Below are positions 39,770 to 49,326 of a DNA stretch of 63,007 nt, one piece after another (position 1 is the first letter of the stretch; each line of letters starts with the position of its first letter). The stretch is from NCBI GenBank assembly GCA_017992915.1, contig JAGONS010000001.1, positions 1-63,007 of the forward strand, read 5' to 3'. Below the pieces are notes generated by a model. It saw only the letters and a list, made by a program, of their open reading frames with translations, was not told the DNA's origin and did no database searches. Source of the DNA: Bacteroidales bacterium (GTDB lineage Bacteria; Bacteroidota; Bacteroidia; Bacteroidales; UBA932). The position numbers were made by a program, and so were the translations under genes.

Positions 39770-40711
39770 ATGAAAAAAATCGCACTATATACGTTATTCC
39801 TGTTAGCAACCCTCCCGCTTTTAGCACAGGTAACGACCAAATACGAACAAAAGCTATACCGCGGCAAACAGCAGGAGATACTCTCCCATATCGCAGATGA
39901 TATGGCAAAAGGGCGTGCCTCAGGTACGATCGGCAAGCAGGCAATTGAGCAGTATATAGTACGCAGGTTTCAGGAATATGGTCTCAAGCCCTACAAATGG
40001 CATTATATACAAAGCTCCAGGTGCAACGACTCCATTATAGCGAGAAATGTGGTCGGCGTAATTCCTGCAACAGTCCAAACCGACAAATATGTAATAGTAG
40101 GTGCTCATTACGACCACATAGGCGAGATCAAGGGCAATATCTACAACGGAGCCGATGACAACGCTTCCGGAGTTACCGCTCTCATCAACCTTGCAGAAAT
40201 GTTTTCTGAAATGAAAAAAGATGGCAAGGGACCGGGCAAAAACATAGTTTTTGTAGCGTTTGACGGCAAGGAGTTCAATATGTGCGGCTCGGAACATTTC
40301 GTACAAAATCTGCCCTTTCCCGCACGCAATATCACCTGTATGGTAAATCTGGATATGATTGGCACCGACCTTGAACCGGTAGGATTCAGACGCGACTATC
40401 TTATCGTACTCGGCGAAGAACGCCTTGACCCCAAATACAGGGGCATTTTGGGCTATCTGAGTCGAAGAAAAAACTACGAAATGGACCTTGACCTGACATT
40501 TTATGGCAGCAAAGACTTTACCAAGATTTTCTACAGGATGAGCGATCAGTACTCCTTTGCCAAAGCGGGAATTCCGGCCCTACTCTTCACCAGCGGTATT
40601 CACAAACACACTTACAAGCCATCCGATAAGTCTGATATCATAAACTACGACTTGTTGAGAAAACGCACATTGTTGATATTCAATTTCCTCTTCAGGGTCT
40701 GTGAATACTGA
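39770..40711 (+). CDS. M28 family aminopeptidase
   Basis: Signal peptide plus GAHYDH, GADDNASGVTALINLAE and DGKEF metal-ligand motifs. Confidence 0.85.
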   Translation: MKKIALYTLFLLATLPLLAQVTTKYEQKLYRGKQQEILSHIADDMAKGRASGTIGKQAIEQYIVRRFQEYGLKPYKWHYIQSSRCNDSIIARNVVGVIPATVQTDKYVIVGAHYDHIGEIKGNIYNGADDNASGVTALINLAEMFSEMKKDGKGPGKNIVFVAFDGKEFNMCGSEHFVQNLPFPARNITCMVNLDMIGTDLEPVGFRRDYLIVLGEERLDPKYRGILGYLSRRKNYEMDLDLTFYGSKDFTKIFYRMSDQYSFAKAGIPALLFTSGIHKHTYKPSDKSDIINYDLLRKRTLLIFNFLFRVCEY

Positions 40712-40791
40712 TTCATATATTTGGGGATTATTCACTATATTTGTTGTTTATAACACACGATAATGCTATCGTGACGACAACATTTTATACA

Positions 40792-42309
40792 ATGAAATAC
40801 ATTAAGATCACTCTCGCGGTTATTGCCGCCTTGTTTATTTCTCAGACACTATCGGCTCAAGTACCGCTGAAAATCGTCATCGGAGGAGAGGACACGGTTT
40901 ACAACCAGAAACACACCCTTGTGTGCATTACAGATCCGGGCAATGTCGCTGCCATCAATGAAAATCAGTTGAAAGTCTACCGCACCGGTGCTTTCGGTAC
41001 GGAAATCGATCTAAGGCGAGGCAACAACAAGATCGAAATAACATTATTCAAAGGAAAAAACAGACGTATTGAAACCATCAACGTTTATTACGATCCCGAT
41101 GCCAAAAAGCCTGTTCGCCCCGAACCCAAAATGACCCTGGAAGAGGCAAAGGCAATTATGGAGAAGTCACAATATAAGGAGGAGTTATTTTATGGTCTCT
41201 CCCTGGACGGAGCATATTTGCAGTTCGGTGACGGTGACGACCGCCTTGGCGGATCCAAAATGGGATATGTGGATGCTGGAATAGTATTCAAGGTGGTTGC
41301 CTCAGTTGGCGACCTCTATAAAGTGCAGCTTTCACAGAATAAATTTGCATACATTCCTCAGGAATATCTCGAAAGAACTGACGAAAGGACATCTCAGATC
41401 AACACCGGAAGCTGGAGCGTCTCAAATCTCGGCAAGGCCGACAGGGTGAGAATCTCTTTGCCAAAGCGTCTTCCTTATGTCTCCTGGACACAGCTTGACC
41501 CCACCACCATCTGCATCGACATTTTCGGAGCTACCAACAACAGCAACTGGATAACCCAGTACAGAGGCCTGCAAATGATCTCCTATGTGGACTATAGACA
41601 GGTTGACAGCGATGTATTCAGGGTAATCCTCCGCCTTAAACACAAATATTGCTGGGGTTACAAAATAGGATATGAGGGCAACAATCTGGTAATTGATGTA
41701 CGTCACACTCCGGGGCTTTCACTTAACGGACTTAGAGTGGGTCTTGACGCCGGTCACGGTGGTTCCGCACTCGGTGCCGTAAGCATCACCGGCATCCGGG
41801 AGAAAGATGTCAACCTCGATATTGTAAATATGCTCAAAAGAGCTCTCGAAGCCAAAGGAGCCACAGTCGTACTCAGCAGGAGCGGCGATTATGATATCTC
41901 CATGAGTGAAAGAAAACGCATATTCAATGAAAACAACGTTCATATAGCACTATCTATCCACAACAATGCGGGAGGATCTCCGGTCAACCCGATGGGATCA
42001 AGCACCTACTACAAACACATCACCAACCGCGACTTTGCTGAAACCATGCTTGAGAGACTCCTGGAACTTGGAGTACCGAACTTCGGACTCGTGGGCAACT
42101 TCAACTTTTCATTAGCTGCACCCACAGAATACCCCGTGGTGTTGCTTGAACTCCTCTTTATGAGCAGTATATGGGATGAAGACAAGTTGATTGATCCCGA
42201 TTTCCGGAAAAAGATGGTCAACAATATCGTGCTCGGACTTGAAGATTATCTCGAAAAAGTGGATGCTTCCATTGAAGAACCCGTCGTTAAAAAGAAGAAA
42301 AGGAGATAA
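40792..42309 (+). CDS. N-acetylmuramoyl-L-alanine amidase (Amidase_3, AmiC-like) with an N-terminal accessory domain
   Basis: GLDAGHGG, KDVNLDI and LSIHNNA motifs with a signal peptide. The start is at MKYIKITLAV. Confidence 0.85.
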   Translation: MKYIKITLAVIAALFISQTLSAQVPLKIVIGGEDTVYNQKHTLVCITDPGNVAAINENQLKVYRTGAFGTEIDLRRGNNKIEITLFKGKNRRIETINVYYDPDAKKPVRPEPKMTLEEAKAIMEKSQYKEELFYGLSLDGAYLQFGDGDDRLGGSKMGYVDAGIVFKVVASVGDLYKVQLSQNKFAYIPQEYLERTDERTSQINTGSWSVSNLGKADRVRISLPKRLPYVSWTQLDPTTICIDIFGATNNSNWITQYRGLQMISYVDYRQVDSDVFRVILRLKHKYCWGYKIGYEGNNLVIDVRHTPGLSLNGLRVGLDAGHGGSALGAVSITGIREKDVNLDIVNMLKRALEAKGATVVLSRSGDYDISMSERKRIFNENNVHIALSIHNNAGGSPVNPMGSSTYYKHITNRDFAETMLERLLELGVPNFGLVGNFNFSLAAPTEYPVVLLELLFMSSIWDEDKLIDPDFRKKMVNNIVLGLEDYLEKVDASIEEPVVKKKKRR

Positions 42310-42318
42310 AATTGGATA

Positions 42319-44310
42319 ATGGAGTTCAGGATCAGTTCGTCATACAAACCTACAGGTGACCAGCCTGAGGCTATAGAGCAAATCTGCAATTCGATCAGGG
42401 AAGGCACTCAGGCAACTACGCTTATGGGTGTGACCGGATCGGGCAAGACCTTCACTATGGCCAATGTCATCGAACGACTTCAAAGGCCGACACTTATCCT
42501 GAGCCACAACAAAACACTCGCCGCACAACTCTACGGCGAGTTCAAATCCTTCTTCCCCGACAATGCAGTGGAGTATTTCGTATCATACTACGATTACTAT
42601 CAACCGGAGGCCTATTTGCCTACGACCGATACCTACATCGAGAAGGATCTGAGCATCAATGACGAAATTGAGAAACTCCGTCTGAGCACCTCCTCGTCCC
42701 TCCTTTCGGGGCGAAGGGACATCGTTGTGGTCTCCTCCGTCTCCTGCCTCTACGGTATCGGAAATCCCGAAGATTTTCACAGCACCACCATTCATATCAA
42801 GAGAGGGGAATTGTTTAGCCGCCAACAGCTCCTTTATAAGCTGGTTGATGCTCTCTATTCACGCAATGAGATTGAGTTTAACAGAGGCAATTTCAGGGTA
42901 AAGGGAGAGTGTGTGGAGATTTATCCCGCTTATGGCGATATCTCTTTCAGAGTGCTCTTTTTCGGCGATGAGATTGAGAGCATCGAGATGACCGACCCCC
43001 TCAGCGGTGCTACACTGGAGTATTTAAATGAGATATCCATCTTCCCCGCCAACAATTTCGTCACTACAAAGGAACGTATTCGCAGTGCGATTAACAACAT
43101 CCGGGATGATATGATGGCACAGTACAACTATTTTAGGGAGATTGGCAAGCATCTTGAAGCTAAGAGACTCAAAAGTCATGTGGAATATGACCTGGAAATG
43201 ATAAAGGAGATCGGCTATTGCCCCGGTATCGAGAACTATTCGAGATATTTTGACGGCCGCAAGGCCGGTGAAAGACCCTTCTGCCTGATAGATTACTTCC
43301 CGGATGATTTTCTTACATTTGTAGATGAGAGTCACGTCACACTGCCCCAGGTAAGGGCAATGTATGGCGGAGACCGTTCCCGTAAGGAGACTCTCGTGGA
43401 GTATGGATTCCGTCTGCCTGCAGCTGCCGACAATCGTCCGCTTAAATTCGATGAGTTCGAGTCTCTGATCGGCCAGCGGCTTTTCGTAAGCGCAACTCCC
43501 GGAGAGTACGAATTGGAGGCCTCAGGCGGTGTAATTGTGGAGCAAATAGTACGGCCTACGGGACTCCTGGACCCTCCCATAGAGATCAGGCCCATCGCCA
43601 ACCAGGTGGACGACCTGCTGGAAGAGATAGAGATACGTGCCGAGCAAGATGAAAGAGTGCTCGTCACCACTTTGACCAAGAGGATGGCTGAAGAACTTGA
43701 GAAATATCTGACCAAGGCCTCAGTAAGAGCCCGCTACATTCACTCGGATGTGGATACGCTCGAGAGGGTTGAAATCATTGAGGATTTCAAGGAAGGCAGG
43801 TTTGACGTACTGGTGGGTGTCAATCTGCTGCGCGAAGGTCTCGACATACCTTCAGTATCGCTGGTTGCAATACTGGATGCCGACAAAGAAGGATTTCTCC
43901 GCTCCGGCAGGGCTCTTACACAAACCGCAGGCAGAGCGGCGCGCAATCTCAACGGCAAGGTAATAATGTATGCGGATACCATCACACGTTCCATGAAAGA
44001 AACTATGGATGAGACTGAGAGACGCAGAGCCAAACAGGAGGCCTATAACAAGGCTCACGGTATCACTCCCAAACAGGTAGCGATCTCTGCAAGAAGTGTT
44101 CTCTCAAAGAGCACATATCAGGCCCGGGAAGAGGCAGAAGTGCGAATGCTGGCAGAGGACCCTGTCATCAGCAGGATGTCTCCGGCAGAACTGATTCGTG
44201 TGGTAGAGGCTGCCAAAAAGAAGATGGAGGAATCGGCGGCTGAATTGGATTTCATTCTCGCCGCAAAATATAGGGATGAAATGAATGCCCTCAAGAAATT
44301 ACTGAAATAG
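42319..44310 (+). CDS. uvrB: Excinuclease ABC subunit B
   Basis: GVTGSGKTFTMA Walker A, DESH box, helicase motifs and a C-terminal UVR domain (AAKYRDEM). Confidence 0.95.
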   Translation: MEFRISSSYKPTGDQPEAIEQICNSIREGTQATTLMGVTGSGKTFTMANVIERLQRPTLILSHNKTLAAQLYGEFKSFFPDNAVEYFVSYYDYYQPEAYLPTTDTYIEKDLSINDEIEKLRLSTSSSLLSGRRDIVVVSSVSCLYGIGNPEDFHSTTIHIKRGELFSRQQLLYKLVDALYSRNEIEFNRGNFRVKGECVEIYPAYGDISFRVLFFGDEIESIEMTDPLSGATLEYLNEISIFPANNFVTTKERIRSAINNIRDDMMAQYNYFREIGKHLEAKRLKSHVEYDLEMIKEIGYCPGIENYSRYFDGRKAGERPFCLIDYFPDDFLTFVDESHVTLPQVRAMYGGDRSRKETLVEYGFRLPAAADNRPLKFDEFESLIGQRLFVSATPGEYELEASGGVIVEQIVRPTGLLDPPIEIRPIANQVDDLLEEIEIRAEQDERVLVTTLTKRMAEELEKYLTKASVRARYIHSDVDTLERVEIIEDFKEGRFDVLVGVNLLREGLDIPSVSLVAILDADKEGFLRSGRALTQTAGRAARNLNGKVIMYADTITRSMKETMDETERRRAKQEAYNKAHGITPKQVAISARSVLSKSTYQAREEAEVRMLAEDPVISRMSPAELIRVVEAAKKKMEESAAELDFILAAKYRDEMNALKKLLK

Positions 44311-44313
44311 CAG

Positions 44314-46473
44314 ATGATTATGATTCCCGAAACACTTAAAAATATAATCCGTAATTACAATGATGAGGATGCTGCAATGGTTACACGCGCCTGTCGCATA
44401 GCTGAATCCGAGTTGAGAGAGAGAGAACGCGGCAACAACAGACCGTTTATCGAACACCCTCTGGGAGTAGTATCTATCATTTCTGAAATGGGCCTGATGG
44501 CAGATTCCGTAACAGCCGTTTTTTTACACGAAGCCAACCGTTTCAAGGTGGAAAACCTTTCAGAACTCAATAGAACGGTACTTTTCAACAGTTTCAAGTC
44601 TGATTTTCCGAAGGAGATCGTAGATATCGTCGCAGGACTGAACAATATAGCTTCAATAAAGCTCCAGGAGACAAATCTCGATGCCGAACGCTACCGCAAA
44701 CTCATCGTATCTTACTCCAGCGATCCTCGGGTAATACTGATTAAGCTTGCAGACCGTGTGGAGGTGATGCGCAACCTCGACATATTACCCGCATCCAAGC
44801 ACAAGTCCAAGATAATGGAGACTATGCTGCTCTACATACCGCTCGCCCACCAGCTAGGGCTATACCGTATAAAAAGCGAACTGGAGGATCTTTTTCTCAA
44901 ATATGCCGAACCAGAGCAATATCGCGCCATCACCAACAACCTCAAGGCCACCGAAAGAGACCGTAATCTGCTGGTAAGCCGTTTCGTTAACCCCCTAAAA
45001 GATAAACTCAGCCGCAACGGCATCGAATATACGCTCAAGGCACGCACCAAGAGTGCCTATTCCATCTGGAAAAAGATGCAAGCCCAGAAGGTACCCTTTG
45101 AGAAAATACACGATGTATTTGCCATCAGGTTCATCATAGAATCTCCGCCCGATAGGGAAAAAGAACAGGAACTTTGCTGGCAGGTCTATTCCCTTGTGAC
45201 CGAAAAATATCAGCCCGACACTTCACGTCTGCGTGACTGGATTACCGTACCCAAGGAAAATGGCTATGAATCCCTTCATACCACCGTACAATACAGGGAG
45301 GGTGTAACGATTGAAGTGCAGATACGAACCGTCAGAATGGATTACGAGGCAGAGCATGGCCACGCATCACACTGGTCATACAAAGGCATCAAAAGCGAAA
45401 GCGGAATCAGCAGCTGGCTTGACAGAGTGCGGATGATTATGCAGGATGGTAATGACATGCAACAATACACACAGGTCTCCCCTATTCTGCTCAACGAGGT
45501 ATTCGTCTTCACTCCCACCGGTGACCTCAGGCAACTCCCGGAAGGGGCAACTGTATTGGATTTTGCATTTGACATCCACACCAACCTCGGCGTAAAGTGT
45601 TCCGGAGGCCGTGTCAACGGAAAAATGGTCTCCATCAGGGAGAAACTCAAGACCGGTGATGTAGTGGAGATCATAAGCAACAAAAACCAGAAACCCACCT
45701 CTGACTGGCTCAATATTGTCGTTACCTCCAAAGCCCGGAGTAAAATCAAACAGAAACTCAAGGAGGAGGAAAACAAAAGAGCATCAATCGGGAAGGAAAT
45801 TTTCGAAAGAAGACTTAAGAACTGGAAAATCGAGGCGAGTGACGAAATTCTTCACGCCCTGATCAAGAAATACAAGTACAAAACTCTCAACGAGTTTTAC
45901 AGCGCCATAGGGGATGATGCCATTAACATGGTGGAGGTAAAGGAGTTTCTTTCCGATGACAAGAGACAGGAAAAGTTGCCCGATACTCTCGAGAAGGTGA
46001 GCAGAAGCAGTACGAAGGAGGAGTCTTCCGATTATCTGGTTATTGACGGAAAACTTGGAAATGTAGATTACAGAATGGCAAAGTGTTGTAATCCCATTTT
46101 CGGAGATGAAGTATTCGGTTTTGTAACCATCAGGGAAGGCATTAAAATCCACCGCATTTCCTGCCCGAATGCCGCACGCCTGATAGAATCTTACCCATAT
46201 CGAATCCAGAAGGTGAAATGGAGGGAAAACGTCGGCAAAGGAAGTTTCCAGGTAACATTGCGCATAATGGCTTACGGTGATTTCTCCACCACTAATAATA
46301 TAATAACAACCGTCAATTTGTTCAAGGCTTCCATACGCTCTTTCAATGTTAATGAAAAGAGAGGAGAGTTCGAAATAATGATGCAACTCTATGTTCCCAA
46401 TAATCTCGAACTTGACAAGATAATAGCATCACTCAAAAAGCTTGGGTATGTAAGACAGGTAACACGGCTATAG
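44314..46473 (+). CDS. relA: RelA/SpoT homolog; (p)ppGpp synthetase with apparently degenerate hydrolase motifs
   Basis: Synthetase motifs RTKSAYSIWKKM and EVQIRT..M...AE.GHASHW.YK, plus TGS and ACT-like C-terminal domains. The HD motif reads LHEANRF instead of LHDxxED. Confidence 0.85.
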   Translation: MIMIPETLKNIIRNYNDEDAAMVTRACRIAESELRERERGNNRPFIEHPLGVVSIISEMGLMADSVTAVFLHEANRFKVENLSELNRTVLFNSFKSDFPKEIVDIVAGLNNIASIKLQETNLDAERYRKLIVSYSSDPRVILIKLADRVEVMRNLDILPASKHKSKIMETMLLYIPLAHQLGLYRIKSELEDLFLKYAEPEQYRAITNNLKATERDRNLLVSRFVNPLKDKLSRNGIEYTLKARTKSAYSIWKKMQAQKVPFEKIHDVFAIRFIIESPPDREKEQELCWQVYSLVTEKYQPDTSRLRDWITVPKENGYESLHTTVQYREGVTIEVQIRTVRMDYEAEHGHASHWSYKGIKSESGISSWLDRVRMIMQDGNDMQQYTQVSPILLNEVFVFTPTGDLRQLPEGATVLDFAFDIHTNLGVKCSGGRVNGKMVSIREKLKTGDVVEIISNKNQKPTSDWLNIVVTSKARSKIKQKLKEEENKRASIGKEIFERRLKNWKIEASDEILHALIKKYKYKTLNEFYSAIGDDAINMVEVKEFLSDDKRQEKLPDTLEKVSRSSTKEESSDYLVIDGKLGNVDYRMAKCCNPIFGDEVFGFVTIREGIKIHRISCPNAARLIESYPYRIQKVKWRENVGKGSFQVTLRIMAYGDFSTTNNIITTVNLFKASIRSFNVNEKRGEFEIMMQLYVPNNLELDKIIASLKKLGYVRQVTRL

Positions 46474-46482
46474 TATTGCATA

Positions 46483-49293
46483 ATGGCCGACAAATTCATA
46501 CATATCAAAGGAGCCAGGGTCAATAATCTAAAGAACATTGACCTGAAAATACCGCGGGACAAACTGGTGGTTATCACAGGTGTATCCGGTTCAGGCAAAT
46601 CTTCTTTGGCATTCGATACGCTTTTTGCCGAAGGACAACGCCGTTTTGCCGAAAGTCTCTCCTCATTTGCAAGACAATTTCTCGGCAGGATGAACAAACC
46701 GGCAGTAGACTACATCACCGGCATACCGCCGGCCATTGCCATCGGCCAGCGTGTTCACAGCCGTAATTCAAGATCCACGGTTGCCTCAAGCAGCGAGATC
46801 TACGACTATCTGAGACTGCTTTATGCCAAGATTGGAAAGACATATTCCCCCATTTCCGGCAGAGAAGTGACCTGCGATACTCCCAAAAGTGTCTCAGATT
46901 ATATTTTTTCTCTCGGTGAGGGAAAGACTGCGCTAATCGTGGCTGATATAGGATGGAAGGAGGATGGCAAGGTTGAGAAACTCCTGGACCTGAAGCAGGA
47001 GGGATTTGTCAGAATTACCTCATCGGAGGGTGCTATTTTCAGGATAGATGAAATCTTGCAAAATATGGCAACTTATGAGGAAATGGAACTCTATCTGCTC
47101 GTCGACCGCATCATCATAAGTGACAACGAGGAGACACGCAGTCGACTTCTTGACTCCATTCAGACTGCATTTGCCCGTGGAAACGGACGCATTGCACTCT
47201 TCAGTGACGGTATATTGAAAGAGTTTTCAAATATCTTCGAGTGTGACGGGATAGTGTTCGAGCGCCCGGCCGAATATATGTTCAGTTACAACAATCCGCT
47301 GGGTGCCTGCTCCAGATGCGGCGGTTTCGGCAAGGTAATGGGTATTGATGAAGCACTTGTAATTCCCGACCCCTCTCTGAGTGTTTATGAGGGTGCAGTA
47401 GCGTGCTGGAAGGGAGAAACTATGAGCAGTTTTCTGAATGATTTCATAATGGAATCCGCACAAACCGGATTTCCGATCCACAAACCATATTACAAGCTTT
47501 CACCGGAGGAAAAAACCATACTCTGGGAGGGGGTTAATGGCAGTACGGCCATCACTCCTTTCTTCAAATGGATTGAGAGCAAAAAGTACAAGATACAATT
47601 CAATTATATGCTCTCCCGCTACTCCGGAAAGACTACCTGCCGTCTCTGCAACGGAACCAGACTCAAGGAACAGGCTCGATGGGTAAAGATAGGCGGCAAA
47701 GATATCACCGAACTGATGCAGATGCAGGTAGGAGATCTGGCCAAGTATTTCGAAGCATTGCTTCCGGGTTCCAAATCCGGAATCGAACTGGATGAATATG
47801 ACTACGGTATCGCATCCAGGGCACTGAAGGAGATAAGACAGCGACTGGACTATATTCAATCAGTAGGGCTCTCCTACCTCACCCTTGACAGACCCTCTTC
47901 CACCCTCAGCGGAGGAGAAAGCCAGCGCATCGCCCTTGTAAGCTCTCTGGGCAACAATCTGGTGGGATCCATGTACATCCTGGATGAGCCGAGCATAGGT
48001 CTTCATCCCAGGGACACCCGCCGCCTTATATCCGTACTGAAAAAACTCCGTGACCTCGGCAACACCGTAATTGTGGTGGAACATGATGAAGATATCATAC
48101 GTGCTGCCGATCAGCTTATTGACATCGGACCTTTAGCCGGAAAATATGGCGGCGAGGTTGTCTATCAGGGGCCTGTCACCGATGGCAATAATTCATCACT
48201 CACACTCAAATGCCTCTCCGAAAGGGACCTAAAGAGCATCCCCCCCGTCAGAAGAAAGTGGAAATACTCCATAGAGGTAGTGGGTGCTATGCAGAACAAT
48301 CTGAAGAATATCAATGTCCGCTTTCCACTAAAATGTCTTACTGCAGTCACGGGTGTCAGCGGCAGCGGCAAATCTTCTCTGGTGGGAGACATACTGCATC
48401 CGGCACTTTATCGCCATATTCATCAGTTGGGTAGCAAACCCGGACTTTTTAAGGAACTGAGGGGAGATCTGGGTAGGATAAGTTCGGTCGAGTATATAGA
48501 CCAGAACCCCATCGGAAAGAGTACAAGGTCCAATCCGGTAACCTATCTTAAGGTCTATGATGATATCCGAAAGCTTTTTTCCGAACAGCCCTATGCGAAA
48601 ATGAACAACTACGGACACTCCCATTTTTCATTCAATATTGATGGAGGACGTTGTCCTGAATGTCAGGGAGAAGGAGTGATCAAAATTGAGATGCAGTTTA
48701 TGGCCGATGTGACCATAACTTGCGAGGCATGCGGCGGCAAAAGGTTCCAGCCGGATATTCTAGAGGTGAGATTTCAGGGTAAGAATATCAGCGATGTGCT
48801 AAATATGAGCGTGGATGAGGCCATAGAGTTTTTCTCAGCCCAAAATGATCAGTCGGCAAAGAGGATTGCCGAAAGACTCCGGCCTCTCAAGGATGTCGGA
48901 CTTTCCTACGTCAGTCTGGGGCAGAGCAGCAGTACACTCAGCGGAGGAGAGAGCCAGAGAATCAAACTGGCTTCATTCCTCGGAAAGGAGTTCGCTTCGG
49001 GAAGCATTCTGTTTATATTTGATGAACCTACCACCGGACTTCATTTTCAGGATATAGAAAAACTGCTCAAGTCATTTGATGCCCTTATCGAAAAAGGACA
49101 CTCTATAATTGTGGTGGAACACAACCTCGACATCATAAGGGCTGCAGACTGGGTTATAGATCTCGGTCCTGATGCCGGAGACAAAGGTGGCGAACTGGTA
49201 TTCGAAGGCACGCCTGAAATGTTGGCCCTCCATCCTGAACTCCCTACAGGTGCTGCTTTGGCAGGAAACTTCAGGAATCATTTTCCACAATAG
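46483..49293 (+). CDS. uvrA: Excinuclease ABC subunit A
   Basis: Two ABC modules (GVSGSGKSSL twice, LSGGESQRI twice) and zinc-finger Cys clusters; 936 aa. Confidence 0.95.
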   Translation: MADKFIHIKGARVNNLKNIDLKIPRDKLVVITGVSGSGKSSLAFDTLFAEGQRRFAESLSSFARQFLGRMNKPAVDYITGIPPAIAIGQRVHSRNSRSTVASSSEIYDYLRLLYAKIGKTYSPISGREVTCDTPKSVSDYIFSLGEGKTALIVADIGWKEDGKVEKLLDLKQEGFVRITSSEGAIFRIDEILQNMATYEEMELYLLVDRIIISDNEETRSRLLDSIQTAFARGNGRIALFSDGILKEFSNIFECDGIVFERPAEYMFSYNNPLGACSRCGGFGKVMGIDEALVIPDPSLSVYEGAVACWKGETMSSFLNDFIMESAQTGFPIHKPYYKLSPEEKTILWEGVNGSTAITPFFKWIESKKYKIQFNYMLSRYSGKTTCRLCNGTRLKEQARWVKIGGKDITELMQMQVGDLAKYFEALLPGSKSGIELDEYDYGIASRALKEIRQRLDYIQSVGLSYLTLDRPSSTLSGGESQRIALVSSLGNNLVGSMYILDEPSIGLHPRDTRRLISVLKKLRDLGNTVIVVEHDEDIIRAADQLIDIGPLAGKYGGEVVYQGPVTDGNNSSLTLKCLSERDLKSIPPVRRKWKYSIEVVGAMQNNLKNINVRFPLKCLTAVTGVSGSGKSSLVGDILHPALYRHIHQLGSKPGLFKELRGDLGRISSVEYIDQNPIGKSTRSNPVTYLKVYDDIRKLFSEQPYAKMNNYGHSHFSFNIDGGRCPECQGEGVIKIEMQFMADVTITCEACGGKRFQPDILEVRFQGKNISDVLNMSVDEAIEFFSAQNDQSAKRIAERLRPLKDVGLSYVSLGQSSSTLSGGESQRIKLASFLGKEFASGSILFIFDEPTTGLHFQDIEKLLKSFDALIEKGHSIIVVEHNLDIIRAADWVIDLGPDAGDKGGELVFEGTPEMLALHPELPTGAALAGNFRNHFPQ

Positions 49294-49305
49294 AAACTCT
49301 TTGAC

Positions 49306-49313
49306 TATATTTG
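49306..49313 (+). promoter_or_regulatory. Candidate -7 box (TATATTTG)
   Basis: Matches TAnnTTTG, 14 nt upstream of the ATG at 49327. Confidence 0.3.
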
Positions 49314-49326
49314 TATTTTCAAGAAG

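Noticed and set aside
45784-46386. A 200-aa ORF antisense to the rel gene. Similar long antisense ORFs lie at 56748-57338, 54193-54756, 16568-17131 and 61162-61677.
   Set aside because: All are nested opposite strongly supported genes and lack motifs, signal sequences and promoter context. I treat them as frame artefacts.
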